Below are positions 52,203 to 64,000 of a DNA stretch of 64,000 nucleotides, piece after piece. This DNA comes from Mobula hypostoma (taxonomy: Eukaryota): contig NC_086097.1 in NCBI RefSeq assembly GCF_963921235.1, positions 140,122,001 to 140,186,000 of the forward strand, given 5' to 3'. Positions within the stretch are counted from its first letter, which is position 1, and each line of letters opens with the position of its first letter. The notes below the pieces were generated by a model. It ran no database searches and was not told the DNA's origin. It saw only the letters and a list, made by a program, of their open reading frames with translations. Both the position numbers and the translations under genes were made by a program.

Positions 52203-54329
52203 CAGGGGCAGGTGAGAATACATAGCAGATCACCCATGAGTGGCTGAGAGGGCTCAAGAGACTGTGACTTCTGCTGGTCAATGGTTCCAGCCCTCTCCCA
52301 CACTATCAACTCCCTACCATGTCCTATTCTGCCTACCTGAAACAACTGCCAATTTGAAGAGTACGTTAACAGGACTGAGCAGCATCACTGTGCCACACAA
52401 TCTGGGTCTGAGCTTTGGGTCAGTGGCCCCTTGCTTGGCACATTCCACAAAGTGTCAATGTCAGAGTTTGGCACTGAGACTGATAGTAACTGTGACAACA
52501 TCTGGGGGGATCTCACCCACCCATCTTCACGGATTTGATGCCATATCGACAGACACATGCAATATTGCTTTCTTCTGTTGATACTGTGCTTATTGTCCTT
52601 CTTATCCTTTGTCAGCCTTGTCCACCACTCCACTTACATCAGCTCAACTCTAAAGCCTGTCAAATATTGAAAACTCACTGTGATTTTACTTATACTTGAA
52701 ACAATGCCATGTGGCCCCTTGCTTCCAGAGAGAACAAACACCCTTTTTAATTTGCCAGGCAGACTTTGTGCTTTTCCATTTAGTTTGGTTCCCTCTGCAT
52801 GAGCTAAGCCAGGCAGGCAGCTATAAATAACTCTTCACAGGAGGACCCGAGAATTGGCATCAGTGAGTTCACTGTGTGCTAGTGGAAGGCTGCGAGCCAA
52901 CAGACAAGCAGATCCCGGCAGCTAAAACTGTGCCTGGAGCAGAAAACTGACCCTTTCATTGAAGTCTAATAGAAGAACACGTGTTGACTGAAACAGGTTC
53001 TCTCCCCAATGCTCTTTATTTATGAGATAAAAGATAAGCAACTTGCTAAGGCAGAGCCACACCACATAAATTGAGCCTTCTGTTTGGCAGCCTGAGCCAT
53101 TAGACACAATATATTTTTGAGAACCTTTGGGTACACAAAGCTGCACAGTTTTGATGTGCCCATAATCTTAATCTCATTATAAAGAAACAAAATAAAACAG
53201 CATATAGAGAGAAACACTTTACTTCCCTAGTACTTTAAAGTTCTTTTGAGAAATTAAGAAATAATAAACAAAGCCAAAAACATCAAAACAAGTCCGTTAG
53301 CCAATGGAATTTAAGCACCTGGTTCCATGGCATTGCATACAAAAAACTGCGATTAAGGGTATGAACTAAACTTTGTAACAGTTATCACCAGAGGAGCAGT
53401 TCCTGTACACAGACTATAAACCAGTCACAGTGCTGATAGATTGTTGCATTCCATGTTGCTGAACACCAACAAAGGGTGCAACCTTATCCGAGCATCACTG
53501 GTGCACACACACAGCACGCACCAGCCCAGCATTAGTGAAACAAAGGGTATTTCTGATGCCTCTGTCTCTGTTGATGTGATGATGTCTGTGAACCTGCATT
53601 CTAAGACACCTGCCTGATCGGAATCTAAAATAAAATTGCCATTATTCTTCAAAGGCGCCGTGATTTGATTATTGTTCAGAAGCTATCAGAAACATCTAAA
53701 CATCAGGAGCAACTTTTAACTTGCAGCAACTTCAGAAGAGGTTTTGCACAAGTTCCATTCTCTTCTTTCCCCAAATAAAAACCCCTCTTCCAGACAGTAG
53801 TCAATTGAAATTGCTCTAAATCTACCACACCTAGACAGGCAGTTCTGAAGAAAGTAGATCACTGATAACTTGCTGCTGTGAACAGTCATTACATTGCTCC
53901 TACTTCCTCTCCCCTCACTCTATATCTCCGTTTATTTTTCACCCTTGTAAGTGACCACTTTGTTGGCTTTCAAATTCACCTGCTGCCCTTGAAGCAGGAC
54001 TTCCAGTGGGTGTTTATACATCCCAGACTTCCCCTCACCGCTGGTGTTACTATAGTTCAAGCTAGACTCAGCAAACCTCACTCTGATCGAGGGTCAATCC
54101 TCCTGTGCAAGTATTGCTCAATGCTCCACCAGATCATAACTTAATTGCTCAACTTTGGTAGCTATGCCTTTAGTTGCAAAGCCTTTGAATTTCCTTTCTA
54201 AATCTCTTTGCTTTTCTCCTTCTTTCCTTAGGTAGTCGTTCATGGTTTTCCAACTTCTACGCAAAAGAATAACTATTTTTGTGAAAGCAAAAAATCTCTC
54301 CTCCTTAATATTTAGCTCTTTGGTTCAGC

Positions 54330-54980
54330 TTTCAAGTTCAAGTTTAATTGTCATTCAACCATTCTTGAATACAGCCAAGCAAAACAGTGCTACACTGGGG
54401 CCAAGGTGCAAAACATAGTAGCAACAGACATACACAGAACAAGGCACATAGAGCACACAAGATAGCAGTAAAATATAGTCACACAAAAAAAAGCCCAAGT
54501 CCCTGAGTCCATGAACGTTGCAACAGTCGGCAATCAAACACAATAGAGCTTGTCTTCTGGCAAGTGAACACTGGAGAGCAACACCGAGGAGCACACCGAC
54601 TCTGACACTTCCTCCCCGAATGGCTGCAAACAGGCAACACCACAGCTTGAGGCCTAGTCCTCGCCACAACCAAGGTCACGCAGCTCCCCTACCAACCTCC
54701 CCTACTGCTCACCAATAAACCAGTGAATTGTACCTGCAGTATTCCTCCTTACCAATGCCCAATGGATGTTGCGATCACAAGAAAAGCAAACTTTGCACCA
54801 TCTTTGCACTCTAATTCTGACACCAATCCGACGCAGGCAGCAGCATGGCCCAGCTCCTTCAGTTTCTTTGCCAATGAGCATCTCTCTGATGGGATAGTAC
54901 TTTACATTCTTAATGCTCAGCAGGATCTCGCGATCAGTAAAAATACATTTAAAAAAGCCATTAACACCTTTGGTTGGCCC
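54330..54980 (-). mobile_element. Unclassified non-coding element with a Rex1-like tail
   Basis: Minus-strand tail acaattaaacttgaacttgaa; CpG-containing body with no credible ORF. Confidence 0.45.
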
Positions 54981-54981
54981 C

Positions 54982-55130
54982 ATAGAAACATAAAAAATAG
55001 GTGCAGCAGTAGGCCATTTGGCCCTTCAAGCCTGCACCGCCATTCAGTATGATCATGGCTGATCATCCAACTCAGAACTTTGTACCTGCCTTCTCTCCAT
55101 ACCCCCTGATCCCTTTAACTACAAGGGATA
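54982..55130 (-). mobile_element. CR1 3' tail fragment
   Basis: ataggtgcagcagtaggccatttggcccttc..., similar to 42110-42230. Confidence 0.7.
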
Positions 55131-55494
55131 GAAGCCACTGTAACTGAGCACACCTCCATCTTACCAGAAGACCCTGTTCAGTCACCTGTTCCGCTATGTC
55201 TCCTCTAGTGGCTTGATGGGGTCTGCTATCTTACTTACAATGTTTAATGCTCATGGTTTTTTAAAAATACAAGTTGTTGCAGAGCACACTATTGCTGATA
55301 TTTTGCACAATTACTCTCTCTGTTTTTAATTATGTTCTGCCATATCAAATCATTGGGAGCAAAGTTCAGTCCCAGTCATTTTGCTTTTGTCACCAATCTT
55401 GAATTAACTGACCAGACAGAAGTAAATAGGCATGGTCTAATTGCCATATTGGAGTGCGGTCTCTTGGTGACCAAGACAAGGAGTTGAAATTTCG

Positions 55495-56068
55495 AGAGTA
55501 TTTGGACCCTGGTCAGACCCCACTTGGGGTACTGTGCTCAGTTCTGGTCACCTCACTACAGGAAGGATGTGAAAACTATAGAAAGGGTGCAGAGGAGATT
55601 TATAAGGATGTTGTCTGGATTGGGGAGCATGCCTGATGAGAATAGGTTGAGTGAACTCGGCCTTTTCTCCTTGGAGAGGCGGAGGATGAGAAGTCACCTG
55701 ATAGAGGTGTATAAGATGATGAGAGGCTTTGATTGTGTGGATAGTCAGAGGCTTTTTCCCAGGGCTGAAATGGCTAACATGAGAAGGCACAGTTCTAAGG
55801 TGCTTGGAAGTAGGTACAGAGGAGACGTCAGGGGTAAGTTTTTACGCAGAGAATGGTGAGTGTGTGGAATAGGCTGCTGGTGACAGTGGTGGAGGCAGAT
55901 ACGATAGGGCCTTTTAAGAAACTCCTGGATAGGTACATGGAGCTTAGAAAAATAGAGGGCTATGTGTAACCCTAGGTAATTTCTAAAGTAAGTGCAGTTT
56001 GGCACAGCATTGTGGGCCAAAAGGCCTGTATTGTGTCCCAGGTTTTCTATGCTTCTGTGTTTCTATTT
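55495..56068 (+). mobile_element. CR1 3' fragment
   Basis: YCAQFWSPHYRKDVKTIERVQRRFIRML...; tail tttctatgcttctgtgtttcta. Confidence 0.9.
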
Positions 56069-56578
56069 GACATTTAGCAGGGGTAGTGCTCGTATTAAGA
56101 GATGAAGTCAATAGTGGACAATGATGTTGGAATTGGTATCAGGCTAAATGAAGAAACAGCAAGAGAGAAAGTACTGGGGAGAGTTAATTAGAGACTACCG
56201 AACAGTACCCATGAACTTTCTCCAAGTTCTACCACTTAGTTATACACTGTGGTCACGGATTAGCAGCTTGCGTGTTTGGGATGTGGAGGGAATCAAAGCA
56301 ACAGAGGGAAGTCCATGTGGTAATGGAGAAAAAGTTCAAATTCCACACAGACAGAAGTGAACGGGTTGCTGGAGCTGAGGAGGGTTCACTAATGATCTGG
56401 TGGGTTACAAGGGCCTATAATGGTTTAGAATATGATAGAATTTTCCAATGAGCTTGAACTTTACGCAGTTCATCCTCCCTGGAGTTTCAAAGATGGAAGG
56501 GTTCATAAAAGGCTGTCATAACCTGCCACTGGTGAGGGAGTATGATACAAGTTCAATGTGAATTTATTATCAAAGTAC

Positions 56579-56858
56579 ATGGTAGTGTAGTGGTTAGTGC
56601 AGCTTGGGGTGTTGGAGTTCAGAATTCAATTCAAGTGCCAAGTGTAAGGAATTAGTATGTTCTCCCCATGATCATATGGGTTTCCTCCAGGTGCTCTGGT
56701 TTCCTCCCACAGTCCAAAGACATACTGGTTAGTAGGCTAATTGGTCATTGTAAATTGTCCAGTGACTAGGCTAGTGTTAAATAGATGGGTTGCTGGGTGG
56801 CACAGCTCATTGGGTAGGAAGAGCATGTTCTGCACTGCATCGCCACATAAATAAATGA
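56579..56858 (+). mobile_element. V-SINE (HE1-like) tRNA-derived SINE
   Basis: A-box gtgtagtggttag; V-domain tgggtttcctccaggtgctctggtttcctcccacagtccaaagac; ends (taaa)n. Confidence 0.8.
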
Positions 56859-57094
56859 ACGAATAAATTTTATCATATACCACCATGAAGTTAATTTTAC
56901 TGCAAGCATTTAGAGGTTGTAAATTTTGGGAGCTGAATGACAGCATGTGTACTGAGGGATGAAAAACTTCCTCTATGCAAGCATTCCTGTGTAATATCTG
57001 AATATGTCCACTTCATTATGTTATTTGATATATGTATATATACAATGACCTGGAGCCAGAGATACTGTGACAAATGGACAGTAGGATCAACAAG

Positions 57095-57780
57095 TGACCC
57101 AATTACACCTGGACAACAGTATCAACTGTCCCCACCTAAACCAGGATAACAGGATCGACTGTCCCCACCTACACCAGGATAACAGGATCGACTGTCCCCA
57201 CCTACAGCAGGATAACAGGATCGACTGTCCCCACCTACACCATGATAACAGGATCGACTGTCCCCACCTACAGCAGGATAACAGGATCGACTGTCCCCAC
57301 CTACACCAGGATAACAGGATCGACTGTTCCCACGTACATCTGGACAGAACTCTTGACTTCACAATTTACCTCGTTATGGTCTTGCACTTTATTGTCTACC
57401 CGCATTGCACTTTCTTTGTAGTTATTACACTTTATTCTGCATTGTTATTGTTTTACTTAGTACTACCTCAGTGTAGTGATTTGATTTGTATAAATAGTAT
57501 GCAAGACAAGCCTTTTGTTGTATTTCTATCTCAATATTTGTGACAATAATAAACCAATTCCAATTCAACCTACACCTGCAGAGTAAGATCAGTGACTGCC
57601 CCATCTTCACTTGGACAGCAGGATCATGATTTGTTCCACTTATACCTGGACAGTAGGATCATTGACTGCCATACCTACACTTGGGCAGCATGATCAATGA
57701 TTTGTTCAACCTGCACTTGGTAAGTAATGACTGATCCCACCTACACTTGGACAACATGATCAACAACTGTTCCACTGCTA
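57095..57780. repeat. Second 33-bp minisatellite: about 8 mostly homogeneous units (57095-57345) plus decayed units (57568-57780)
   Basis: Unit ccacctacaccaggataacaggatcgactgtcc. Confidence 0.92.
57346..57567 (+). mobile_element. Rex1-type 3' UTR fragment inside the minisatellite
   Basis: Ends gtgacaataataaaccaattccaattc. Confidence 0.55.
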
Positions 57781-60129
57781 CAAACAGAGAATTGCACCAA
57801 TCACTTCCTGTATTTGTATATGAAAGCAATTTATTTCTTGCACTGACTGTGTCTGGCATGAATCGAAGCAAATGATTTAATACACCAGCTTGAAGTCTTA
57901 TGTTGCTGACAGTCACGTACATTCCAATAAATGCACAGTGTCAGGGAGAAGAACCTAAGCACCAGATCATATACAGGGACGTGTTGCAGCATTCTTGGTG
58001 TAACAGAGCTATTGCTTTCTGTCTCATCTTGTGTCTGAAACACAGTCTTTACACTATTTCTGTGGAAGTAGACGGTTTAACAATCTCATAGTACAAGTAA
58101 ATACCATAAGGAAAAACTTCTACGTTCTGAATGGATCGTAGCAAATGAATTTGGTGATGGATTGATGTTAAGTACATGGCAATCACAACGTGTGCAAGGG
58201 TTCCTCACATGGAGTATTCACTCTGCTTAATGAAGATCAGGAGGCTACAACTGTGGCCAAGGGATTCCAGGTCCTGATGGGTGGTGTAACACCAGGGTGG
58301 TGCTTCATCAGTTACTGGGAAGAGATCAGACATTTTGGTTGGGGAGTGGCTCTGTGGGTTGGTCAGAGAAGATCCAGTTGCCCACAGCCTGTGTACACAA
58401 ATAGAGCATTGATGCAGACCCAACAAACACAAATAACAACTTAAAGTGAGCAGCAACCATTCCTCCAGCCCACTCAATGCCAGGCAAGGGGAGGGGGAGG
58501 ATGTCAGGATGAGGCAAGGGTATTGCCAAGATGAAGGAGGAATGGGGGAGGAGAATATGCAGACGGGTGGAGATGGGAATGGAATGGACAGGGAAGAGGC
58601 GGGGTACGGGATGAAGGAGGGTGTCAGAACAGGGGAAGGCATCACAGAGATGAAGAAGGGGTTTGTAACTGAGAGGGTATGGGGACAGCGGGGGGTGCTG
58701 AGACAGGGATGGAAGATGGGTGGAGAGATGGGAGAAGACTGTTTTCAGGATGGAGAAGGGGGTAGGGTAAAGTGGTATGACTGTGTCCAGAACAGGGGAG
58801 AGGTGGAGGACAGAGGAGTGTCTCCAGAATAGGAGAGGGGTGGGTGATGGGGGAGGGTTATCTCCAGAACATGGGGGTAGGGATTGCGATGAAGGATGGA
58901 GGAAGGGTCGAGTGATGGGGAGGGAATCTCCAGGATTGAGGAGGAGTAGGGAACAGAGTAATGGTAGAGTATGCAGGAGCAATGGGATGACTTGGTTCCA
59001 AGGATGGGGGTCAGACAGCCAGTTTACCTTGTAAACACAAACAGTACAGAGTGGACCTATTCTCCAGGGTTTGAGACTGTATTCTCCATGGAAACTCAGA
59101 ACATTGAAAGGGATTTGATAGGCTGAATCAGAGAGCAGGTTTCCCAAATGAGGACTTCAGAACCAGTTTAGGTTAAGGAGAAGGAGGAAATAGGAGTGGA
59201 AGCAGGACCTGTCCCACCATTCACTATGATTGTGACTGGTCTACACCTGCCTCAACTCCTCTTTCGTACCATTTCTCCACAGCCCTCTGTTCCACCACCT
59301 GTTCATGGTAAGTGGGATAATGGACTGTGTTAGATCATGCCTTTGGTGTCTCTCACTTCTGGTGAAGATGGAATCCTTTTGAAGGCACAAATTCTAATCT
59401 TTGAAAACCAAGTGGTGAAGAATGTGATGAGTAAGTCATTGAAAATTCTTAACTCATTTCAGACTGCTTTATATTCTGTGGTAATTGATGGGTGATGTCT
59501 GAAGCGCAAACCTCCAAGTCTAAAAGTCTATCACTATACAGGAAACGTGAAAATATCCCTTTCAAACCACAACAATGTTACCTTCCAGCTTTAATGAGAT
59601 GCCTTAGACACAGATGTACTTCAGAAAAAGTGTAATATACTGTTGCGTCACATGAATTTACTAGGAACATCTAGTAACTTAGGCTGGGCTGCTCTATGAG
59701 AGATTCAATATACAAACACAGCAAACAATGAAGCTCACAGAGTGCTCCTAATGGGGCCCTTTGTTTTAAAATGCATCCTTCTCCAAATACCTCGAACAAC
59801 TGGATTCCAACAGACACAGCACCGCATTATGGCCAAAGCCTTTTGTATGTAGGGCACACACACGTAAACAAGCTGAGGACAGCAAGCTGGAAAAGTGGTT
59901 GGACTGTGGACATGTGCCAGCTCAGTTGGTGATGGTGGGCTATGGAAGAAAACCAATGGTGCCCACACCCAGTCCTGTGTTTCTGTATAGCCTGTATTTT
60001 AAAAAAAGGTCATAAAATCTATCAAACTATTAGAAAGCTGTTCAACCCACAGTACCTACGCTGCAAAACCAAGGTCACCAAACCGCAGAGGTCCAGCTGC
60101 AACACTGAGACATACCCTCTGTGCTGAGC

Positions 60130-60670
60130 TCCAAGGCATCATTGACACTTTCAGTGCAGCCTATGAGAGAATGGGCCTGCACTCGATATCCACAAAAGGA
60201 GTGTCTTTTACCAACTTTTCCATTGTACCACACTACCCTTCAACAATAAATATTCACATGACTCTGGAAATCATGGATATGTCAGAGGTGACCTCTTGCG
60301 ATAGACATGGAAGATGAAATTCACCCCCAACTTCAATGCACCAATACAGTCTTTGGTTGAATAAGGGAAGGAGTACTTGAAAATCAGGAACTTTGACTGA
60401 GCTCAAGATTCAGCTTACCACACAGCAGTGATCCCTGCCTCCTTTATGCATCTGAGACCTGGGCTACCTACAGCAGGCATCTCAATCCACCAGGCTGTGC
60501 AGGGTGTTCACACGTCCAACAGCAGACATCCATTTTGAGCTCCTTCATGGCAAAAGATTGCCAGGGGGACAGAGAGAAAGATTCAAGGATGTGTTCAAAT
60601 GCTCTTTGAGGAAATGTGACATTCCACTGACGCTGGGGAACCTCTGGTTGATGTGGCCAATGTGGGACCT
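60130..60670 (+). mobile_element. Decayed RTE-clade LINE fragment
   Basis: FSAAYERMGL, VIPA-LYASETW, ELLHGKRLPGGQRERFKDVFKCSL; a related piece at about 60960-61100. Confidence 0.65.
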
Positions 60671-61349
60671 GTGGACTCTGCCACAGATGGGGCAGGAGGT
60701 ACCTGATGGGTGAGTAGGGGAAGGAGCTCTTTAGAATGTTGAATATTCTCTCAGCTGTTTGTCCTCAAACTCCTGTTGCTGAGACACAAAATCTTGATGA
60801 AGGGTCTTCGACCTGAAATATTCTCTGTTTGTCTTCCCACAGGTGCGTGGCCTGACTTGTTGAATATTTCCAGAATATTTTTCTTTTCGTTTTACATTTC
60901 CAACATCTGCAGTTTTGATTTTCAATTAATTTCCATTCCTTGTGAGTCACCTTTTAGTGAAGACAGATGTTAAGTGATGAAAAATGCCAATTCTACCTAC
61001 GGAAGAGTATTTGAAGACAAGACTTGAAACTCAGCACTTAGCTCACGATCAAGCTGATCAATGAAACAAGTGTGATCTCTACCCTCCTGCATGCTTCAGA
61101 CAACTCACACCAAAGACATCATAGCATTCTAGCAGCACCCAAGAGGCAACCGAAACAGGAGGCCTTGACATCCCAATGCTTTCAGTGACCCGGATCACCA
61201 CTGCAGTTCAGATGGTTGTATCAGGTGCAATCTCAGGCAGTAGGCACCATGAGAGACTGCTCACAAGTGGAATTCCCTCATGACGATAAATGCACCCTGA
61301 TGACTAGTCCACAACTCATTAGACTTCTGTACTCCACAATCTTTATACA

Positions 61350-63810
61350 TAGTTCCCTGAAAGTGCAGACAGAGAGGCTAGTGCAGACGGTATATAGAAT
61401 GAATAGGCACTGAGTACATGATTTAGAATGTCATGTTGCTGTTGTACTAAACATTGGTTGGGTTGCAACTTCGAGTATTGTGTACAGTTCTAGTCGCCAG
61501 TTATAAGAAGGATGTGATGAAACAAAAGAAAATACAGAAAACATTCATATGAATGATGTCTAGATTGGAGGGCTTGAGATACAAAGAAAGATTGGGTTGT
61601 CTCTGCCTGCTCCTGCCCCACTAAACTCGTATCTGCATACTTCAACTCCATTTTATCCCCTTTGGTTCAGTCCCTTCCCACCTACATCCATGACACTCGC
61701 ATGTTCTCAATCTCCTCAATAACATTCAATTCCCCGGCACCAACTACCTCATTTTCATCATGGATGTCCAATCCCTATACACTTCCAAACCCCATCAAGA
61801 AGGCTTTAAAACTCTATGCTTCTTTCTCAACAAAAGACCTCCACCACCACCCTCCTCTGTCTGGCAGAACTGGTCCTCACCCTCAATAATTTCTCCTTCG
61901 GCTCCTCCCACTTTCTCCAGACTCAAAGTGTGGCCGTGAGCACCCGCATGGGCCCCAGCTATGCCTGTTTTTTCATTGCCTATGTAGAACAGTCCATATT
62001 TGGTAATGCTCCCCAAATCTTCCTGCACTACATTGATGACTGTATTGGTGCTGCTTCATGCACCCATACTGAGCTCGTCAATTTCATCAACTTTGCCTCT
62101 AACTTCCACCCTGCCCTTAAATTCATTTGGTCCATTTCTGACATACATTGTCAATCTCTCTGTCTACATCTCTGGAGATAAATTGTCTACCGACATCTTT
62201 CATAAACCTGCAGATTTCCACCGTTATCTTAACTATACCTCTTCCCACCCTGTGTCCTGTAAAATTGCTTTTTTCTTTTCTTGGTTCCTTTGTTTCTGCC
62301 ACATCAGTTCGAGGATGAGGCTTTCCTTTCCAGGACATCAGAGATATTCTTCTTCAAAGAACGGAGTTTCCCTTCCTCCACCATTGATGATGCCCTCATC
62401 TGCATCTCCTCCATTTCCCAAACAAGTGCACTCACCCCACCTTCCTGCGTCTTAATAGGGATAAAGTTCCTCTTATCCTCACCTATCATCCCATGAGTCT
62501 CTGCATCCAACACGCCATTCTCTGCAATTTCAGCCATCTTCCATGGAATCCAGTCACCAACCACATCTTTTCCTCCCCCAATTCTCCGCTTCCGTAGGGA
62601 TTGCTCCCTCCGTGATTCCCTTGTCCATTCATCCTTTCCAACTATTTCCCTCCTGACACATATCCTTGCAAGCAAGAGATATGCTACACTTGCCCATTTA
62701 CCTCCTACCTTACCTCCATTCAGGGCCCCAAACCGTCCTTACAAGTGAGGTAACACTTCACTGCGAATCTGTTAGGATCCTCTATTGTATCCAGTGCTCC
62801 TGATGCAGCCTCCCGTACATTGGTGAGACCCAACATAAATTGATGGATGGCTTTGGTGAGCACATCCATTCCATCTGCCAAAAGTGGTATTTCCTGGCGG
62901 CCGACCATTTTAATTCCTATCCCCACTCCCATTCCAACATGTTGGTCCATGGCCTCCTCTTTTGTCACGATGAAGCCACTCTCAGGGTGGAGGGAGCAAC
63001 ACTTCATATTCTGCCTAGGTAGCCTCCGATCTGATGGCATGAAAAAGTCTAGTAAAAAGTGTTTAAAAAATTCCCCTCCCATTCTCTCTCCTTTTATTTC
63101 CCACTCTGGCCTCTTACCTCTTCTCCTAACCTGCCTATCACCTCCCCTCGTGCCCTCCTTCTTCCCTTTTCCCCAATGCCCACTCTCCTCTCTTATCAGA
63201 TTCTTTCTTCTCCAGCCCTTCACCTTTCCCACTCACCTAGCTTCACCTATCACCTTCCAGCTGGTCCTCCTTTCCCTTCCACTACATTTTTATTCTGGCA
63301 TCTTTCCCCTTGCTTTCCAGTCCTAAAGAAGAGTCTCAGCCCAAAATGTCAACTGTTCATTCATTTCCATAGATACTGCCTGACCTGCTCAGTTGTTTTA
63401 GCATTTTAGTTGTGTTGCTTTGGATGGGATAGGGCTGTTTTCTTTGGAGCAAGGGAGGCTGAGAAGTGACCTTATGGTTTTATAAAATTATGGGATGCAT
63501 AGATAAGGAAGACAAGACAATGGCATGGCATGGTGTCTAAAACTAGAGGGCATTGATTTAAGGTGAGAGGGGTTAAGTTCAAAGGAGATATGAGGGGTAA
63601 AATGTTACATAGCGTAGTTGGTATCTGAAATGTGATGCCAGAGCAGGTTTCAAAGGAAGGGGCAGGAGCAACATTTAAGAGGCATCTGGACAGAAAGTAG
63701 AGTAACCAAGCTTATTGGGATATGGAATTAATGCAGACAGGTGGGATTAGTGTATATAGGAATGATGGTCTGCATGGACATAGAGGGCTGAAGGGCCTGT
63801 GTCTATGATA
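61350..63810 (+). mobile_element. CR1 3' fragment (61350-61597 and 63425-63810) split by a PLE
   Basis: LYxTLV..EYCVQF..YKKDV...GLRYKERL, then continues GLFSLEQGRLRSDL to the CR1 tail. Confidence 0.75.
61598..63424 (+). mobile_element. Penelope-like element (RT, GIY-YIG, pLTR), disrupted
   Basis: LAELVLTLNNFSF..HFLQ...RMGPSYAC...YIDDCIG (PLE RT); LYCIQCS..LPYIGET...FGEH (GIY-YIG); terminal region with a decayed hammerhead at 63318-63355. Confidence 0.9.
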
Positions 63811-64000
63811 TCCTTTATGAATCATTTACCCCAACCAAGATTACTTAGAGATATTCTGTTTCTTTCTTTTTACTGCTTTTTGGAACTGCTGTGCATAAAT
63901 TGTCCATACGTAATTCTGGGGGATTCAGAGGACCAAAAGGCATTGCAGAAATACAAGATCCTTTTCTTTACAAAAGAACCTCTTGCTATGTTTGATCTAA

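Noticed and set aside
53575..53620. tgatga...ctga as a C/D box snoRNA
   Set aside because: Too short, no terminal stem, expected by chance.
57094..57345. CRISPR-like or metal-binding repeat protein (DNRIDCPHLHQ)n
   Set aside because: Head-to-tail units with no unique spacers, no cas genes, eukaryotic context; the ORF runs into a LINE UTR.
58326..59147. 273-aa minus-strand ORF
   Set aside because: Pyrimidine-biased low-complexity sequence, partly CR1-derived; no domain features.

Overview
Repeat-dense vertebrate DNA, probably intronic or intergenic. The repeat mix resembles a cartilaginous fish, likely a ray; that is an inference from remembered family consensus, not a database result. Much of the window is decayed, heavily nested mobile elements: CR1 and Rex1/Babar LINEs, Penelope-like elements (PLEs), two Tc1 transposons, a chromodomain-bearing Gypsy LTR element, RTE and R4/Dong fragments, tRNA-derived SINEs and a hAT-type MITE. 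There are also two 33-bp minisatellites and several purine-rich tracts. I recognise no intact host gene; three minus-strand exon-like segments are phase-compatible but match no protein I know. Most interesting: several minimal hammerhead-ribozyme cores in PLE termini, a TSD-flanked fold-back PLE insertion with two inverted cores, a hairpin-rich 451-bp TSD-flanked non-coding retroelement, a minisatellite apparently seeded by a SINE, and a Dong-like insertion into a (TAA)n run. I cannot establish a wholly new system from sequence alone. All family assignments were made by eye, and element boundaries are approximate unless a TSD or TIR is cited.
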